From: Schmidtea polychroa
Lineage: Eukaryota
Reading direction: 5' to 3'
Length of the DNA stretch: 64,000 nt
Assembly: GCA_044892525.1 (NCBI GenBank)
Contig: CM097887.1
Location: 62,744,001 to 62,808,000 of the forward strand
The first letter of the stretch is position 1; each line of letters starts with the position of its first letter. Below, piece by piece: positions 20,780 to 34,963 of the stretch. Made by a program: the position numbers and the translations under genes. The notes below the pieces were generated by a model. It saw only the letters and a list, made by a program, of their open reading frames with translations, was not told where the DNA came from and made no database searches.

Positions 20780-22560
20780 ACATTGTTTTTAAAAATCTTT
20801 ATTATTTTGAACTTTCAGCTGCATTGGATGTTCTGACTTGCATCAACAATTGTTATGTAGTTAAGGGTTGACGGACTTAGGCAGTTTCTTAAACATGAAT
20901 CCAAATGTTCGTCCGTTAAACACTTACGATATTTGGATTTAACTATTTTCATTTGCGAAATATCCAAAACAGGCGTGCAAATTCTCAGCACAGTTTCGCA
21001 AACTTGGGTATTTTTCTGCAAATTAATACTTTCAAACGTTTTCCTTAAAAACTTTTGTTTTAATGAAAGCATCGTTTTGTAGTTCAATGACTTGTGTTTC
21101 AAGGGTTTCGATATGGAAAGTCATAAATGAAATCACACCAAGTTTTTTGAAGTCCTGAAAACGTCTCTCAAATTCCGCTTTAATATTTTAAATTTCATCT
21201 ATGTGTCTAATTGGGTCATAATTTGTATAAGAAATTTTTATTTGTGCAGCTATATTTGAAAAATGAGCTAAGTTATTATTCTCAAACTTGCTTACAAAGA
21301 GCGTGAGCTTCTGTTTGAAAGTATATACGGAACATCATTTTAGAAACCACTTTATTCTTGCCTTGTAATTCAATATTTAAATCATTAAGTTTGGATGTGA
21401 TATCTGCTAAAAACGCTAAGTCTAAAAGTCTAAACCATTCTATTTTTCGATTAATTTAAGACAAAAAAAATTAATAAAAAAAATTTAATTTAAAGAGGTT
21501 TCCTGTTTGTTTCTAATGGTAAACCCTGTTTTTTATTCATTTCACTCAAATATCGATTTATAAATAAATTGATTAATAATAAAATTAATTATTAAAATTA
21601 GTTATTAATTTATATTTTAATTTGTTGTTTTATTTAAGTAATCTATATAATTATACTTTGTAATTTAAATCAAGTTTAATCAGTGTTTCGATAAAAGTTA
21701 GTTTATCATTAGTTTATTTTATATTAATTATAAAATGATTAAAGTCTATAATTATAATTTTGATTTCAAGGATGTAAATGATTTTTAATAATAAATGAAA
21801 TTTTCGAATGATATAATAATATCTATTATAACGATCTTTTTAAATTGTTAAAATTCCTCTTTACAGCGGGAAGTGTTAATATGGCACTAAAAATTTGTAT
21901 CCGATTTTGTTTTGCTGAAAAATGGTTAAGATTTCTGAGGTTTTATGAAATCTTGCGTTGTCCATTATTAAAACTTTGTTTGGATTACGAGTATCATTCT
22001 CCATTTGTATGCATTCATCACCTCGGGAAATAAGAAATTTATTGATTTCGCTAATCAGACCTCGGAATCGCTGACGTCGGTATGCATAAGTAGTTCTGTA
22101 GACCCTTCATTATCATTTTCTTCTGCTTGAATCTTAAAAAGCCGCCTCTGAAGACTTTTGTTCGAATTGAACTTGCAATCTTGAATGTTGTATCAATGAT
22201 ATCATTCATGTTTATAATTTTATTACATAAGTCGGGAAATTCATCGTCATTTCGACATAGACCAATAAAACCATTATGACGACCTATCATTCCTGGGATT
22301 TTATCTGAAGTTATTGATACAAGCTTGAAAATTGGCAACTGAATACTATTCGCAATTTTATTAAAGCTGGACAAATCTCCTCTCCTGGAGTTGTTCCTTG
22401 CAGAGGAATAATTGTTAGAAGTTCCTCTTTAGTGGAAAAGTCTTTAAAAACAATTTCTAGTAAATATTATTAACAGAGACACATCAACGACTTGTAAAGA
22501 AAAACTTGAACAATCTTTAAGATCTTTCATCAACGCCCATTTTCTAGGAGGATTATTTTA
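20780..22560 (-). pseudogene. Degraded hAT transposase (Charlie/SPIN, GTF2IRD2-like), interrupted
   Basis: DFSTKEELLTIIPLQGTT, LVSITSD..GMIGRHNGF, DLAFLADITSKLNDLNIELQGK, KSKYR..LTDEHLDSCLR. Confidence 0.85.
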
Positions 22561-23519
22561 TTGGTTTTTGGACTTTAATTTCTTAAAAAATTAAAGAATT
22601 TTAAGCGCTTTTTAGAAGAGACGACCGATTCAGCTTAAGTCGGCCCTGTAGATGCACTATACTAAATTTTAATTAGAATCGAAATGGAGCTATCCATTTA
22701 TTTTTCCATTTATATATACGCGAGCCTTCATAATGATTGCAAAAGTTGAATTGAATATGTTCTAATTGAATTTAAACATGTTCATAATAATTTGTTTACA
22801 TAAACATGTTTCAATTTTTCTACATTTTCTCAGTAAATATTTAATGACTTCTTCCTTTAAATTTCAAAAAATCCCAAAGAAAAACAAATTCATAAATTAA
22901 ATGAAAATAACTGATGACAAATCATGAGTCATCCATATATTTGCACACCAAGCTATATTATAGAATTTTTTTGTGAAACAGGTCTAATTTAAAATAATAA
23001 ATAAAATTTTAATCACTTAATTTACATTTCAAAATAAGTCATTACCTTGAGGACATACCATGTCATTTGGAAAATATTCTCTGCAATTATTCCCAGAAAA
23101 TGGCGCATCACAAGAAATATTTAGTAACGTTGTGATTTCTATTAAGCCTTTTAAAGTTGGAATTCTGTAAGTAATTTGTTTAGAAGGTGTTAATAAAAAG
23201 TTATAAGAGCTTAAATTGAAACGACTATAAAAAATATCGCCTCCATACATTGATGATTTCTTTAAAACAAAGTAAAAAATAACCTGAAATATCAAATAAT
23301 ATAAAATGGTAAAAAAATGTAATTAATAATAATAATAATAATCAAATTATGCTTTACATTAGTTAGAGATACAACAGATAAACATAATGAAACAAAGATT
23401 TATAGAAAAGTTATATTAGTTTTTATATTTCCCCTGAAAGACTTTGACAATTTAAGAATATAGGAAATACGATGAAAAGATAGATTTATGGTTTATGGTA
23501 TTTATCTTCTACTTTGCAA

Positions 23520-23770
23520 ATCCAGTAAAACGTGTTGATAAATTGTTTAAGTTGTTGATGAAGAATACTGGTGATAAATTTATTAAGATACCTAAGGGTC
23601 TACGTTTTAGAATGATTGGATATAATTTCGATTATTGTGTGTAATCGGATGGTTATGTAAATAATATTAGGTGTTTGTAAGTATGATGAGTGTAAATAAG
23701 TCTAAAACTCTGGGTGAATTGTTTTCGGATCTCGTTTATCAATTTACACTTAATGAATGCAACGTCGTAT
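23520..23770 (+). pseudogene. Penelope-like element relic (approach to the GIY-YIG domain)
   Basis: KSKTLGELFSDLVYQFTLNECN resembles the S.VVY.F.C..C motif; homologous to 62990-63050. Confidence 0.45.
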
Positions 23771-23771
23771 A

Positions 23772-25350
23772 TAGAGTTTGGAATGAGCGAGCCTCAAGCT
23801 CAAACTTGACGAGTTTGGAATGATTTTTGAAGCTCAACGCTCGAGTCTACAGCTCGGCGAGTTTCGAACTAATGTTTCTCGATACTTTCTTACAAAAGAA
23901 AGTTTAACAATAATGCAAAAATTTTAAATTAAGTCAAATTTAATTTAAAGTTTAATAAATTAAGTTTATTTATTATAAGTATCTCTTTTAATAATCTTAT
24001 TTTTGAATAATAAAAAATATTAATAAAATGTTATTAATTACAAATCATGTCAAACAAAAAGAGATCATCAGTTTGGAATTTTTTCACAGAGAAAAAAGAA
24101 AACAACTCAGCTGAGTTCAATAAATGCGGAAAATCATTTCTTGTGTCACAAGGAAGCACTACATCACTTCATCGGTATTTAACTAGTATTCATCAAATCG
24201 ATGCAAACAAGGATAAATCACAACCACAATCAAAAGTGTTAAAAATATTAGATAAATTTTTAAAAAAGACTTCACTTGAAGAAATTTCCTATTCAAAGTA
24301 TCACTAATTCAAAATTTATTCCACAGTCTATATCATTGAGAGGATACAAACTTCTCCATGATGAGAAATCAGTAATGGGTTTAATTCACAATTTTCAGAT
24401 CAGGTGAAGCAAATAATTTAAACAGAAATCATTAAGATTTTCAATCTTTCAAAAAAATTTCAATTACTTTGGATGAGTGGACAAGTTTTTGGAAACCGAC
24501 GTTTTCATAATATAAATATTCACACTGTTGATTGATTATGTATAAATCTTCGTCTTATAAGAATTGTAGGGAGTTGTAATTCGGAAAGAGAACATCTCAG
24601 TTCATTTGACATTTCCTTCGAACATGATATTGTTGCAAGTACTGGTGATGGAGCAAGTTTCATAATCAAATTTGGTGAAAAATCTTTTTTATATCAAGCT
24701 TGTCTAGATCATGCATTACATTTGGCTGTAACGAAGACATTATACAAAAATAATATTATAAACCAAATTGAATTAGATGAAGAAAATGGTTCTAATGATG
24801 TATTTGTCGATGACTTTGGTGAAATAAATGAAGAAACTATTGAAATCAAAAATGAATCATTTAAAGAAAATATTGATAGTGTGAGAAAAATTTTTCAAAA
24901 AATCAGCAATCAGATCAGATACTTTCAAATCCAAAAGCCTTGAAAAGTTTAATTTTGAAAAATAATTGTAATTCAATGCTTCATATGTTAGAAGATTTTA
25001 TCAAACTATACGATGTTTAAAAGGAACTTTTGAATGAAATTGGCTCAGGACATCTTCTTGATAATTTAAACATGGACTTATTGAAACATGTTGCTACGTC
25101 ACTTAAACCGGTTGAAATTACGCTTAATGCAATGAGTGAAAAAAAGCTAATTTTAGAGTGGCAAGTATTACCATCAATTTTCTGATTGAAAAATTATCCG
25201 CTCAAGATTCAGAAATTAGTTCGATTTTATTATCGAATATTAATCATTACAATCAATCCAAGAATAAATCAACAGCTAATTGATCTCATGAATTCCTTAT
25301 ACAATTTCGGAAATGTTACAAAACGTCAATTGGTCCGACAGCAACACTAA
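23772..25350 (+). pseudogene. hAT element with BED zinc finger transposase, degraded 5' part
   Basis: Left end TAGAGTTTGGAA; SSVWNFF..GSTTSLHRYL..IH (zf-BED), ITLDEWTS, GDGAS, CLDHALHLAV. Confidence 0.8.
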
Positions 25351-25567
25351 TGATACGTCTTTTCCCTTCTACAAGCGATTCGCTCGTTGACGACACCGAT
25401 TAATGCATTTGAAATAATGCATAATAATGCATTTGAAAATCCCAGATATTTAAAATTATTTAAAATGCATGGATTAATAGTTTTCACTAATATTTCTCTG
25501 CTCGTTTGGTCGACAATATTGAAAACCTTGAGTACAGAGATGAAGAAAAGTGTCCAATGTATACGAC

Positions 25568-26200
25568 TACAGTTTGGAACAACTGGAGACATTCAAGTTC
25601 AAACTCCAATATTTTTTCGAGCTTTCGAGCTTGCATGTAATATTAAAAAAATTGAAGTAATATTTTATAGCAATAATAATTATGAGGAAGTTTTATGATG
25701 AAGAAATTTTTAAATTGAAAATTTTAAAAATTAAATTTTAGATTAATTTTTAAAAAATAATAAGATATTTTAATTAAAAATATCTTTGTAGAAAATTTGT
25801 TTAAATAAGAAAGTTTAAAGAAGATATAATTTGATTCTGATATTTACTGAAATAAAATTTTGGAAACAAAAACTGATTTTAATGTTTTACAGGATGAACC
25901 TCCTAATAATAATCAATTATAATTTCTTTATTTATATATCTTTATTAATAAAAAAGTATTTTAAGAATACAAGTACACTTAAAGATTTATCTGATAATCT
26001 GGAACGTAATTTTGTACAGACGTTATTTGCAACAGAAAATGATCTTTCTGCGCTAATTGATAATGGTTTAATGATGCTAATAGCATCTAATAAATGCTTT
26101 AAATTTTCGGTTAACACGCCATTATTTTTTGATAATGAAAATTCTTGTCGCAATTTTTTTTAACGATCGATTTGTGAGAAACTTCGAGTAAGAGATTCTA
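25568..26200 (-). pseudogene. hAT C-terminal dimerisation domain plus terminal sequence, opposite in orientation to the adjacent 5' part
   Basis: IKPLSISAERSFSVANNVCTKLRSRLSDKSLSVLVFLK; end-like TACAGTTTGGAA at 25568. Confidence 0.75.
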
Positions 26201-27549
26201 AACGATTTTTTAATTCTTCTTCTATTGAAATATTTTTAAATTTTTCTGTCTACTATTAAAAACTTACGAAAAAGAAACATTAGTATTTAATTAATTAGTT
26301 TATTATTTTTCAGCTAATAAATATTATTATTTTATTGTTACATTATATTGTTATTTATTGAAATTGGTCCAAATATATTTTCTTTAAGAAAAAAAATTGA
26401 TTTTTTTTGGTCGTTTTTTTTTTAAATTGTCCGTTAAGGGATTAAACCAAGCCTGTAAAAGTATTAATTTTACAAATTAAAATTATAAGAGTTAAAATAA
26501 TATTTTATCATTACAGGTTTATTAATTTCATATTTCAATTGTAAATGAAATTGAAATATTATTTATATTTTTGTTCACCATTGTCTAATTTTTACATTTG
26601 GAATTTCATTAAAATTTTGATTTGATAAAAAAGCTAGTAAAATAGAAAAAAACATTGATCCATTGTCGAAATTTAAATGAAGATAAATGAAATTCTAAAG
26701 GAAGATGGAAAACTGGACAAATAATATTTAGATTGATAATAAAAGAAAAATTATTAACCTAATAAAAATAATAAAATTACCTGTTGCCACTGAAAAAGTT
26801 TAACTGTGTGATAAATTCTTTCCCATTGAATTTGTTGATATTGGCAAAAATTGCGTATCGTTCTTAACTGGCAATGTGTTGAGCTAAATTTTGTATATAT
26901 AAAACAATTTTATTGTATTAAAGTTATATAAATAATAAATTCATGACCCGTAACAAAATAAAAGGCTATTATGTTCATAATGAAATCTAAATCAGAGTGT
27001 GGATTTTATCAAAATTAAATCCAATAAAAAATGTTATACAAGCAGATTTAATATAAAATCTAAATTTGATTTGCATGTTGTATATGTAAAAAATACTCCT
27101 GATTTCAGGTGTTAAGATCATCTATAATATTAAAAATATCAATATGCTTTATTCATAGAAACACACAAACTTACATGTGTGTTGATTTTCATGGTTATTT
27201 ATTTAGACACAGAAAGTCAATGGAAAAATAAATTTAACACAAATATGATACCATAAAAATGCAAATAAGCTTTAACACATCGTTTATCTCATACAATATC
27301 GCTTGCTGGATGTTGGATAAATCATCATAACCCAAATATTAAATAAATTGTATTTGATTATAATAGTCACTAAATAATAGCATCGATTTGAATAAAACTA
27401 AAAATGTCAAATCCAATATATATATATTAATTTAAGAACATTTCACTATCATCAAAAATAATTCCTCAAAGAATTCAAAATATGTAGGATGACACTTAGT
27501 TACAGTATCAATTTACATTATCAATGCCACAAAAAGGTTTCCTCGCTCA

Positions 27550-28467
27550 CGTTTCCAAACTGCCAATGACGTCGTCAGAGGGGTTTATAATATAAAACCT
27601 TATGGTATTCGATCCAGATTTTTTGCAGCTTTATATGAAGCAATGGATTCGAACTATACAAAACTCTGCTCTATCAGAGAAGTTTGATGGCTATCAAAAG
27701 GAAAAGTCGTCAATAGATTTTTGTTTATGAAAGTTGAAATCATTTCATTCATCGACAGTGATTTGGATTTTTCATTTCTAAAGAAAGATCTTTCGTGATT
27801 GCAAGTTTCATTTTTGAACGATATTTTCGACAAACTCAACAATTTAATCTTGAAATTACAAGGATCTCAATAAAATGGCGTCACCATCTTTAGCAAGCTA
27901 AAAGGATTTAAGGAAAAACTGAGATTATCGAATTCAAAAGTCATCAAATCATACTTGAATCCTTCAAAATTTCAAAAACTTGACAGAATCCTTTCTTAAG
28001 TATTTTCAGAATCTCAGCATTATTGAAGTGGAATGGGTAGTCAAAACAATCTTGCAAACAATCTGAAGCAAACAATCTTGAAGAAGAGCTTGAAGGAAAC
28101 TTGATTGATATGAAAAATGTTATAGTTTTTGAAGGAATTTTCAATGAAGAGCTTTCAGAGATCTAGATATTTTCGAGTAGAAAAGCATTTGAATTGTTGT
28201 TGTCGTTTTGAAGTTCTTATCTTTGCGAACATGGATTTTCGCCACTCATAGTAATGAAGTCAAAAAACCCAATAGACCTTAAATGGTCGATATGGAAATG
28301 TGTTTGTCTTTCGAAAATTGAGTCTCGTATCAATCTTGTTTGTGCGGGAAAAGAATCTCAAAATTCGCATTGATCAAAAATAAAGTTTAATCGTAATTGA
28401 TTAATTACATGGTTAATTATAAATTTTTAATGGTGTGACTCGATGTCAAAAAGGTTGCCCGACACTG
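27550..28467 (+). pseudogene. hAT (Buster/ZBED5-like) 3' relic with right end
   Basis: RWLSKGKVVNRF, LNDIFDKLN..LKLQG, SSYLCEHGFS; terminal AAAGGTTGCCCGACACTG. Confidence 0.75.
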
Positions 28468-30433
28468 ATGTATTAGCTACTTATTATTAGTGAGTAGTAA
28501 CGGTGATATGTCTTTGGAGGCAGTGTGCTCACTCTATACTACTCAAAGGTTATGGGCCATTAAATGTTTTCATAGAGCTTGTTTTATAATATAGAATATT
28601 TTATATGCTTCATTTTTATTATTATTTATGTTCTTGAAGGACTACTTCACAGTAATCTTTTATAAACTAAAATATATCTTTTACAAATATTTCATAAAAA
28701 TCATATTTGTTAGCATTTTTCTTACTTAGAACTATTTAACATCGTTGAAAACCGAAACCAGCTTTGTGCATTAATATTTGGCAATCTAAATAAAACAGAG
28801 ATAAGGCATAGAAATAATTTTATTTTTAAATTTATTATTAAAATTAGGCGACTACTTCATTGGTTATGTGAAATTATTTGTCAACAAAATATTTATTGTA
28901 AATAATCGAAATAGAATTAGTAAGGAATAAAAAAAGTTTTCAAGTTCACAAAACTGTCATTAAAGTTATTTTAATTGAATCAGTTGTTTTATTAAAAAAA
29001 ATTATTTTTATTTATTAGTTTTATCTATTATCTTATAATTAATTTTATTAAATACTTTGTTCATTTATTTTTTATTATTAGTTTTATATAATTTTGGTTA
29101 CAAAAGTATTTCGTTATCAAATTAAATGTTTTTTGTTTACAATATAAAATTTATAATAATAATAATAAGGTAAAAAATTATTATTTGAAAATAATTAAAA
29201 GTAATTAAAATATAAAGCAATAGAAACAAAAATATGAAAAAAAGAAATAAATTAATTAAATTAAATTAAACATAATAAAATAAATTAAAACTAACAAATA
29301 GAATTAAATAAAGTATATAATTTAAATAATAAAATAGGTCATTAGTTAAATGTAAAAAAATAAAAAAATAAATAATAAAAAAATAATTAAAATAATAATA
29401 ACACTGAAAAATATTTTTTTTATTTTATTTTGTAATTTTGTTTTTATAATAAAATGTCAATTTTTAAAAATAACTTTTACGTAATTTGAAATTAAATTTT
29501 ATTTTATTATTTTTAAGAATTTCTTTTTAGAAAATACAACGCATATTTTACAATAAAAGTAAGATTTTCATTTGAATAGGTGTTTACAACTTTTTTCAAT
29601 GACTAAATATTTTGTTTATTTCTATTAATTTTGCTCAAAAAGCGTCTCTAACATTATTTTTGAGCAAATATCTATATAAGGTAAGTTTTTGAATTGAAGT
29701 AATTTTTAGGACTTGAATTTTGATTTTATATAATTATGAGATCATTATTCAAGTTCTTAAATATTACTGTTAGTCAGCATTTATAATATAACATTGATAA
29801 TTAAATTTCAGGTGTTTTTTAGGAATTTTATGGTATTTTATTTGGATTTATTTCGTAAAAATGTAAGTTAGATATTTTTATAATTATAAATAAGTAAAGT
29901 AATCACCAAACATTTATTTTTTAAAGACATTTAGTAAAGAATGGATAAAATATTTTTTAAGTTTTTGTAATCTTCTTTCGAATTTTGTCTGTTTCTGTAA
30001 TTCTATGAAAATATTAATTTGTTAAAATAATTTATTAAAATTTACGATTTGCGATTTTTTTCCTGCAAATTCAAAGATGTCGAAGGACCTTCTTCAATAT
30101 CTGTAAATTTAAAGAAATTTTATATTCTAAATTATTTTATAATTAAATCCTACGATGTATTTTCTTCTTTTTCCCTAAAGTTCAAGGTAGAGCAGTAAGA
30201 ATCTGATTCAAAAGTATTTTTGTACATAACTTTTTAAATAATTTAAAAATATTGATATGTTAATTATATGTCATTCAATGTTAATTTCTCATAAAAAACA
30301 CTTTACTTAATTTTGTATATATTTTTCATTATGTGTGCTGTGTTTGTATGCTTAATTATTTTCTCTCACTTTTTATATTCCTATAATAAATGTTAAATTT
30401 CGCAGCATTAAATTTTTACACACAGGTAAGTTT

Positions 30434-32252
30434 GGGATCCGGATAAAACACCGAAACAAAAAACTCGAAATTAAAACTTCGAAAACAAAAACACCGAAAA
30501 ATATAATTTCGAAATGCAAAAATATCGAAAACATAAACATCGAAAGCATTTTTATTATTTAAAAAAAAAAATTGTATGTAATTGATGTAACAATTTTAAC
30601 ATTTGTTGACTTTTAAAACTATTAGGCCGCTTGAAGTTCTAAATTATGGGCTAAACCTCTTAAATAATCAAAGTGTTTCGAGTTACATATGACTCTACTA
30701 TAGACTTGATTCTTCTGGCAGTTTCGATATAAATTCTTTTTGATGGTGGTGGATTAATTCCTGACGTTAATTGTTCCAATTTCAATCGAGTCAGGCCTTC
30801 TTCTTTCTTTAAAATTTCAAGAAAACGCCAGAAATTTGGGTTACTTGATGCCATCAATGAACTAAAAGATCGATGCCATCCTTCAATCGAGTTATTTGTT
30901 TTAGGAAGATCATCGATTGATGCTTCGTAACAATTCCAAAGCGATATCGGAACTCTTGGTGATCTTCTTCCTGTTGCAGATCTTGTTGGTCTTCCAATCC
31001 ACTGATCCTCGATATAATCGATAAGTGGACAAAGCAATTGTTCGTTTTCTCTGAAGAAATCAGAGTCTAAAAGTACATTGAAACACTCAATGACATCTTC
31101 TGGCACAAAAGCTAAAGCTGCAAGTTGTCGCAAATATAAAGAAAAATCAGGATCCTGTATATCCTTATATTTGTCGCAAATTGGACTGTTTCTTTGTATT
31201 TCTCTCCATATACATTGAGAAAAATGGAAGAAACAACCACGAATTCTTGTATCGGGGAAGCAATCTTTGATTGAATTAATAATTGCTTGTTCAAAATCCG
31301 ATAACACAGATACTGGTGATAGAGCAGGCTTTATTTGCTTTAATTGGCGAAAAACTTTAGTATAAGTTTCTTGTCTTTTGTTAGGCAAAAGAGCATAAAC
31401 CAAAGGTATCACTGTTTTATCGATAATACAATGTACCGTAAACATCTGAAAAAATAAACTTGGAGCAGTTTTAAATGTTCCATCAACGTATAAATGCGGA
31501 GATGATACTAATGTATCAATTAATCGACTTGTGCTGAACATCACAATTCTATCTGCGCCATCATTTGAATCGTAGATTACAAAATCATCTCCGATTGCAG
31601 TTTTTCTTAAGTTTTCGGGTATAAATAAATCCGAAAGTGATGTCGGCGAAGGCAATATCCCTGATGCTTGATTTCTTTGTCTTCTGATAGTTCTTTTGAT
31701 AGAATCTATCTTCGGCAACTTGCTACAAACAGCTTGAGACGATGTTGACGTTGCCGCTGCAATAATTTGAAGCGGTGTTTCGGTGGAAGTTTTTGAACTT
31801 TCTTTTATTTCAGAATAAAGCTCTTTAGCTTTAATAACGGAAACTTTTGGAACATGATTATGTTCTCCTATTTCTTTTTCCACTTGATTATCAACAGTGT
31901 GGCATCTTCCTTTGCACTTAAATGTCAAATATTCCACACATTTCCAATAAGTTTTTTCGTTATGTTGCCTATCTTTTTGATAAAGAAAACTATTATATAA
32001 AAGTTGATTAACACCTTTTTGACTTTTAATAAATTTAATCTCCATTTTTATAATTGTAATCAATATTTAGCTAATTTAATAATTTAACTATGAAGAAATG
32101 AAAGGAAACGGAAACAATTTAAAGGGACTTTTTATTAATTTTTCGATATTTTGTTTTCGATATTTTTGTTTTCGAAATTTTTTCTATTCGATATTTTATT
32201 TTCGGTGTTTTTGTTTTAGTTTTTTTAATTTTCGGTATTTTGTCCGGGATTC
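30434..32252 (-). mobile_element. Apparently intact autonomous Mutator-like (MULE) DNA transposon, 1819 bp
   Basis: Perfect 9-bp TSD GGTAAGTTT (30425-30433 and 32253-32261); ~110-bp TIRs built of AAAA(C/T)..CGAAA subrepeats. Confidence 0.95.
30660..32063 (-). CDS. MULE transposase with N-terminal FLYWCH domain (467 aa)
   Basis: FIKSQKG..L.YNSFLY..YWKC..C...HNH (FLYWCH); VDGTF, LSDFE, CFFHF and TNNSIEGWH catalytic motifs; no stops. Confidence 0.95.
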   Translation of the reverse strand: MITIIKMEIKFIKSQKGVNQLLYNSFLYQKDRQHNEKTYWKCVEYLTFKCKGRCHTVDNQVEKEIGEHNHVPKVSVIKAKELYSEIKESSKTSTETPLQIIAAATSTSSQAVCSKLPKIDSIKRTIRRQRNQASGILPSPTSLSDLFIPENLRKTAIGDDFVIYDSNDGADRIVMFSTSRLIDTLVSSPHLYVDGTFKTAPSLFFQMFTVHCIIDKTVIPLVYALLPNKRQETYTKVFRQLKQIKPALSPVSVLSDFEQAIINSIKDCFPDTRIRGCFFHFSQCIWREIQRNSPICDKYKDIQDPDFSLYLRQLAALAFVPEDVIECFNVLLDSDFFRENEQLLCPLIDYIEDQWIGRPTRSATGRRSPRVPISLWNCYEASIDDLPKTNNSIEGWHRSFSSLMASSNPNFWRFLEILKKEEGLTRLKLEQLTSGINPPPSKRIYIETARRIKSIVESYVTRNTLII

Positions 32253-34963
32253 GGTAAGTTTGTGTGTTCCTATAATATATATTTATTGATTTTTTTAAGA
32301 TTATAGATAATGTTATATTTCGCAGTTAGGTGTAGCTTTAAATTTTTCTATCCTGTCTTATATGTATCACAAGTCTTTATTTAATATCAACTTAGGTACT
32401 AAAAGCACTTTGGTGAAATATGTATTTATATTATTGATATTATTTTTTTGTATTATATGTAGGCTTCTATGAATTGCAGAGTGGTTTAGTATGTCTTGTG
32501 GAAATATGATTTGTCCTCTTGAACTGAGAACAGAAAATTTTAATACTAATATCATATTCACATCTCTTAATTTTAATAATAAGTATATAAAACGTATATC
32601 TATACTAAATTTTAAAATAGCAAGTATTTTTATAATATATGATTGGAATAAAAAGAAATAACTCACTGTTTTTCCAACGCATTATACATTTCTAAGCTAA
32701 AATATTGTCAACATTCGCATGGTATTTATTAATAAATTCTAACCACTGATTACCATCATAAATTGAACAAACAAAATATACAAAATCTCCAAAAGATTCC
32801 ATGCAGTCAGTTTTATTGTTGATTTTTACAGAAATAACTTGAAGCTTTATTTCGATATCGCCATTAGGAGAGATATAATTACGCTAAAATTTCGAATAAA
32901 TAAATATTTCACATTAGAGGAAATAACGAACTCTATCTTGACTTATTATTTTGATGATCAGGATGGAGATTATAAAATAATGTAGCATTTATATATAATC
33001 AATAAATATATATATTGTAACTTTATTAAAAGACTTTCTATAAAAGTTATATCATAGTGGGTAAATAAATGGTTGTATAGTCAAGAATCCACGCGTTCCT
33101 TTGCCGCCGTCGTCAAGCAAGCTTATGATTTATAATTTAAATAAAGAAAATGACGCTGAAAATTTTTTAAGTCACTTTCTTTGTTTAAATATCCTAATTT
33201 AAATCACACTTTTCCATTAAAAATTAGAACGCTCAACCCTACACAGAATTTTTGTGCACTGTTGAATTCCTTAACCTCCCGTAGATCAAAATGTGTAATT
33301 GATTTTGTTGCCTTGCTGATGTTGGCTGTGAGTCGGAAAAGGTTTAATAATGCCTGTGAGTTATTTTAAGTGTACGAAAATGATTCCATGAAATGAAACA
33401 TAAAGTAATTTCTCAAAAGAACTTTAATATCAACACATTTAGCCTCTACAGAAATTATTTAAGACAATAAAGTACTATTAACAGAATTGCTGGGAATAAA
33501 ATAAGTGACCCGTTCATTACAACATTTTAAATTTTGACCAAAATATGCTTACTTATATACCATGATTTTGGTGTGCTAAGATATGTGTAGTTTTTATGGA
33601 TTTAAAAAAAATTGAATTCTTTTAAATAAATTTCTTTTAGGATTTAAATTTAAAAATTTCTTTAAATGATTTCCTTGAAAAAAACAATAAGAATAATAAT
33701 CAAAACGAATTAAATGCAAATATTTTAATTTATCATAAAGTACTTTAAACAGAATATAATAGATAAAAATCAAAGTCTTAATCATTCTAATTTATGAAAA
33801 TTCGTTTAAAATCTTTGAATTGCAAGTTTAAATTACAATGCGAACCTCATTCAAAGTCCAGTGAAAACCACGACTCAATCGAACTCACCCGTACCGTTAA
33901 CAACCAATTCAGTATCGATTCAACGCCAATTTGGACATTCTGAACTTTAGATTAGATGTTTATTTCTGACTGTTCAGTTGTAGTTTGAAAAGTTTTTAAT
34001 TTGTATTCTTTTGCTCAGGAATTTTAGTAATTAATTTTCGTCAATGTCGTTTATTTGGACTTTTTAAGTTTCAGGTTATATAGTAGTTTTTCTTGATTAC
34101 AACCATTAATGAGTTTTCAGTTAAGACGTAAGGCCTTCTATCGGCAGTCCGTCTGTTTAAGGATTAATTAAGTCGAACAGTCTGATTACGCAGGAAAAAT
34201 CTTTGTTTATTTACGACACCACCTCATACAGTACTAACGTTTCGAACCCACAATGGTATGCAGTTGGTTGTTTTCAATAGTCGTGTTGGGTGCCCTAAGA
34301 AAGAATTGCTTGAAGGTAATATGAGTCTGATAAGGTAGCTGGCATTAGAACGCCAATACTATGTCGAGACCAAAATACAACATTGGCCTCGAAAATGACT
34401 GTTGAATAGGTCAGTCACAGCCAGTTCACTTCCGAGACTTATTCAGTTTCATCGAGTATCATCTGACAGAAAAAATATTGGTTATCATAGAATGCATAAA
34501 AAATAAGTATCAATAAAAAAGAATAACATTGGCATAGAAGTGTTTGTTATTTAAATATCATGATACTCACTCTTAAATTCCAAATGCGTACATCAGCAGC
34601 AAAAGCAGTAAAATGATATCTAAAAATGGTATATAAAATGAACTTTTTAAAGTAAACAACTGTTTTACTAAACATTTACTTAATTAATATATAATTATTA
34701 TACTGGTTCGCTCAAATAAATTGCTGATTTTAAAAATAGAAAAATTAATCCGAAGGCATTTTATCAAATTTATCCGTAAATAAAAATTGATTTGCAACGA
34801 ATCTAAAAATTATTTTATTTAAAAATCAACGAAAAATCTTAGTGAATTAAAAAATCGATCAAAGTTTGATTAAAGGTTTTTCCAAATTTGAGGACAAATA
34901 AAATAAACATTAAAATAACAGTTGATCAACTTGTTTTAATAATCACTTCATAGTAATTAACTA

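Noticed and set aside
28900-29500. Extreme AT low-complexity stretches and the many 60-100 aa Phe/Ile/Lys-rich ORFs across the window
   Set aside because: Expected by chance at this base composition; no motifs or splice support.
30434-32289. CRISPR-like short repeats (AAAA..CGAAA) and ORF 32098-32289
   Set aside because: These are MULE subterminal TIR repeats without unique spacers, in a eukaryotic context with no cas genes.
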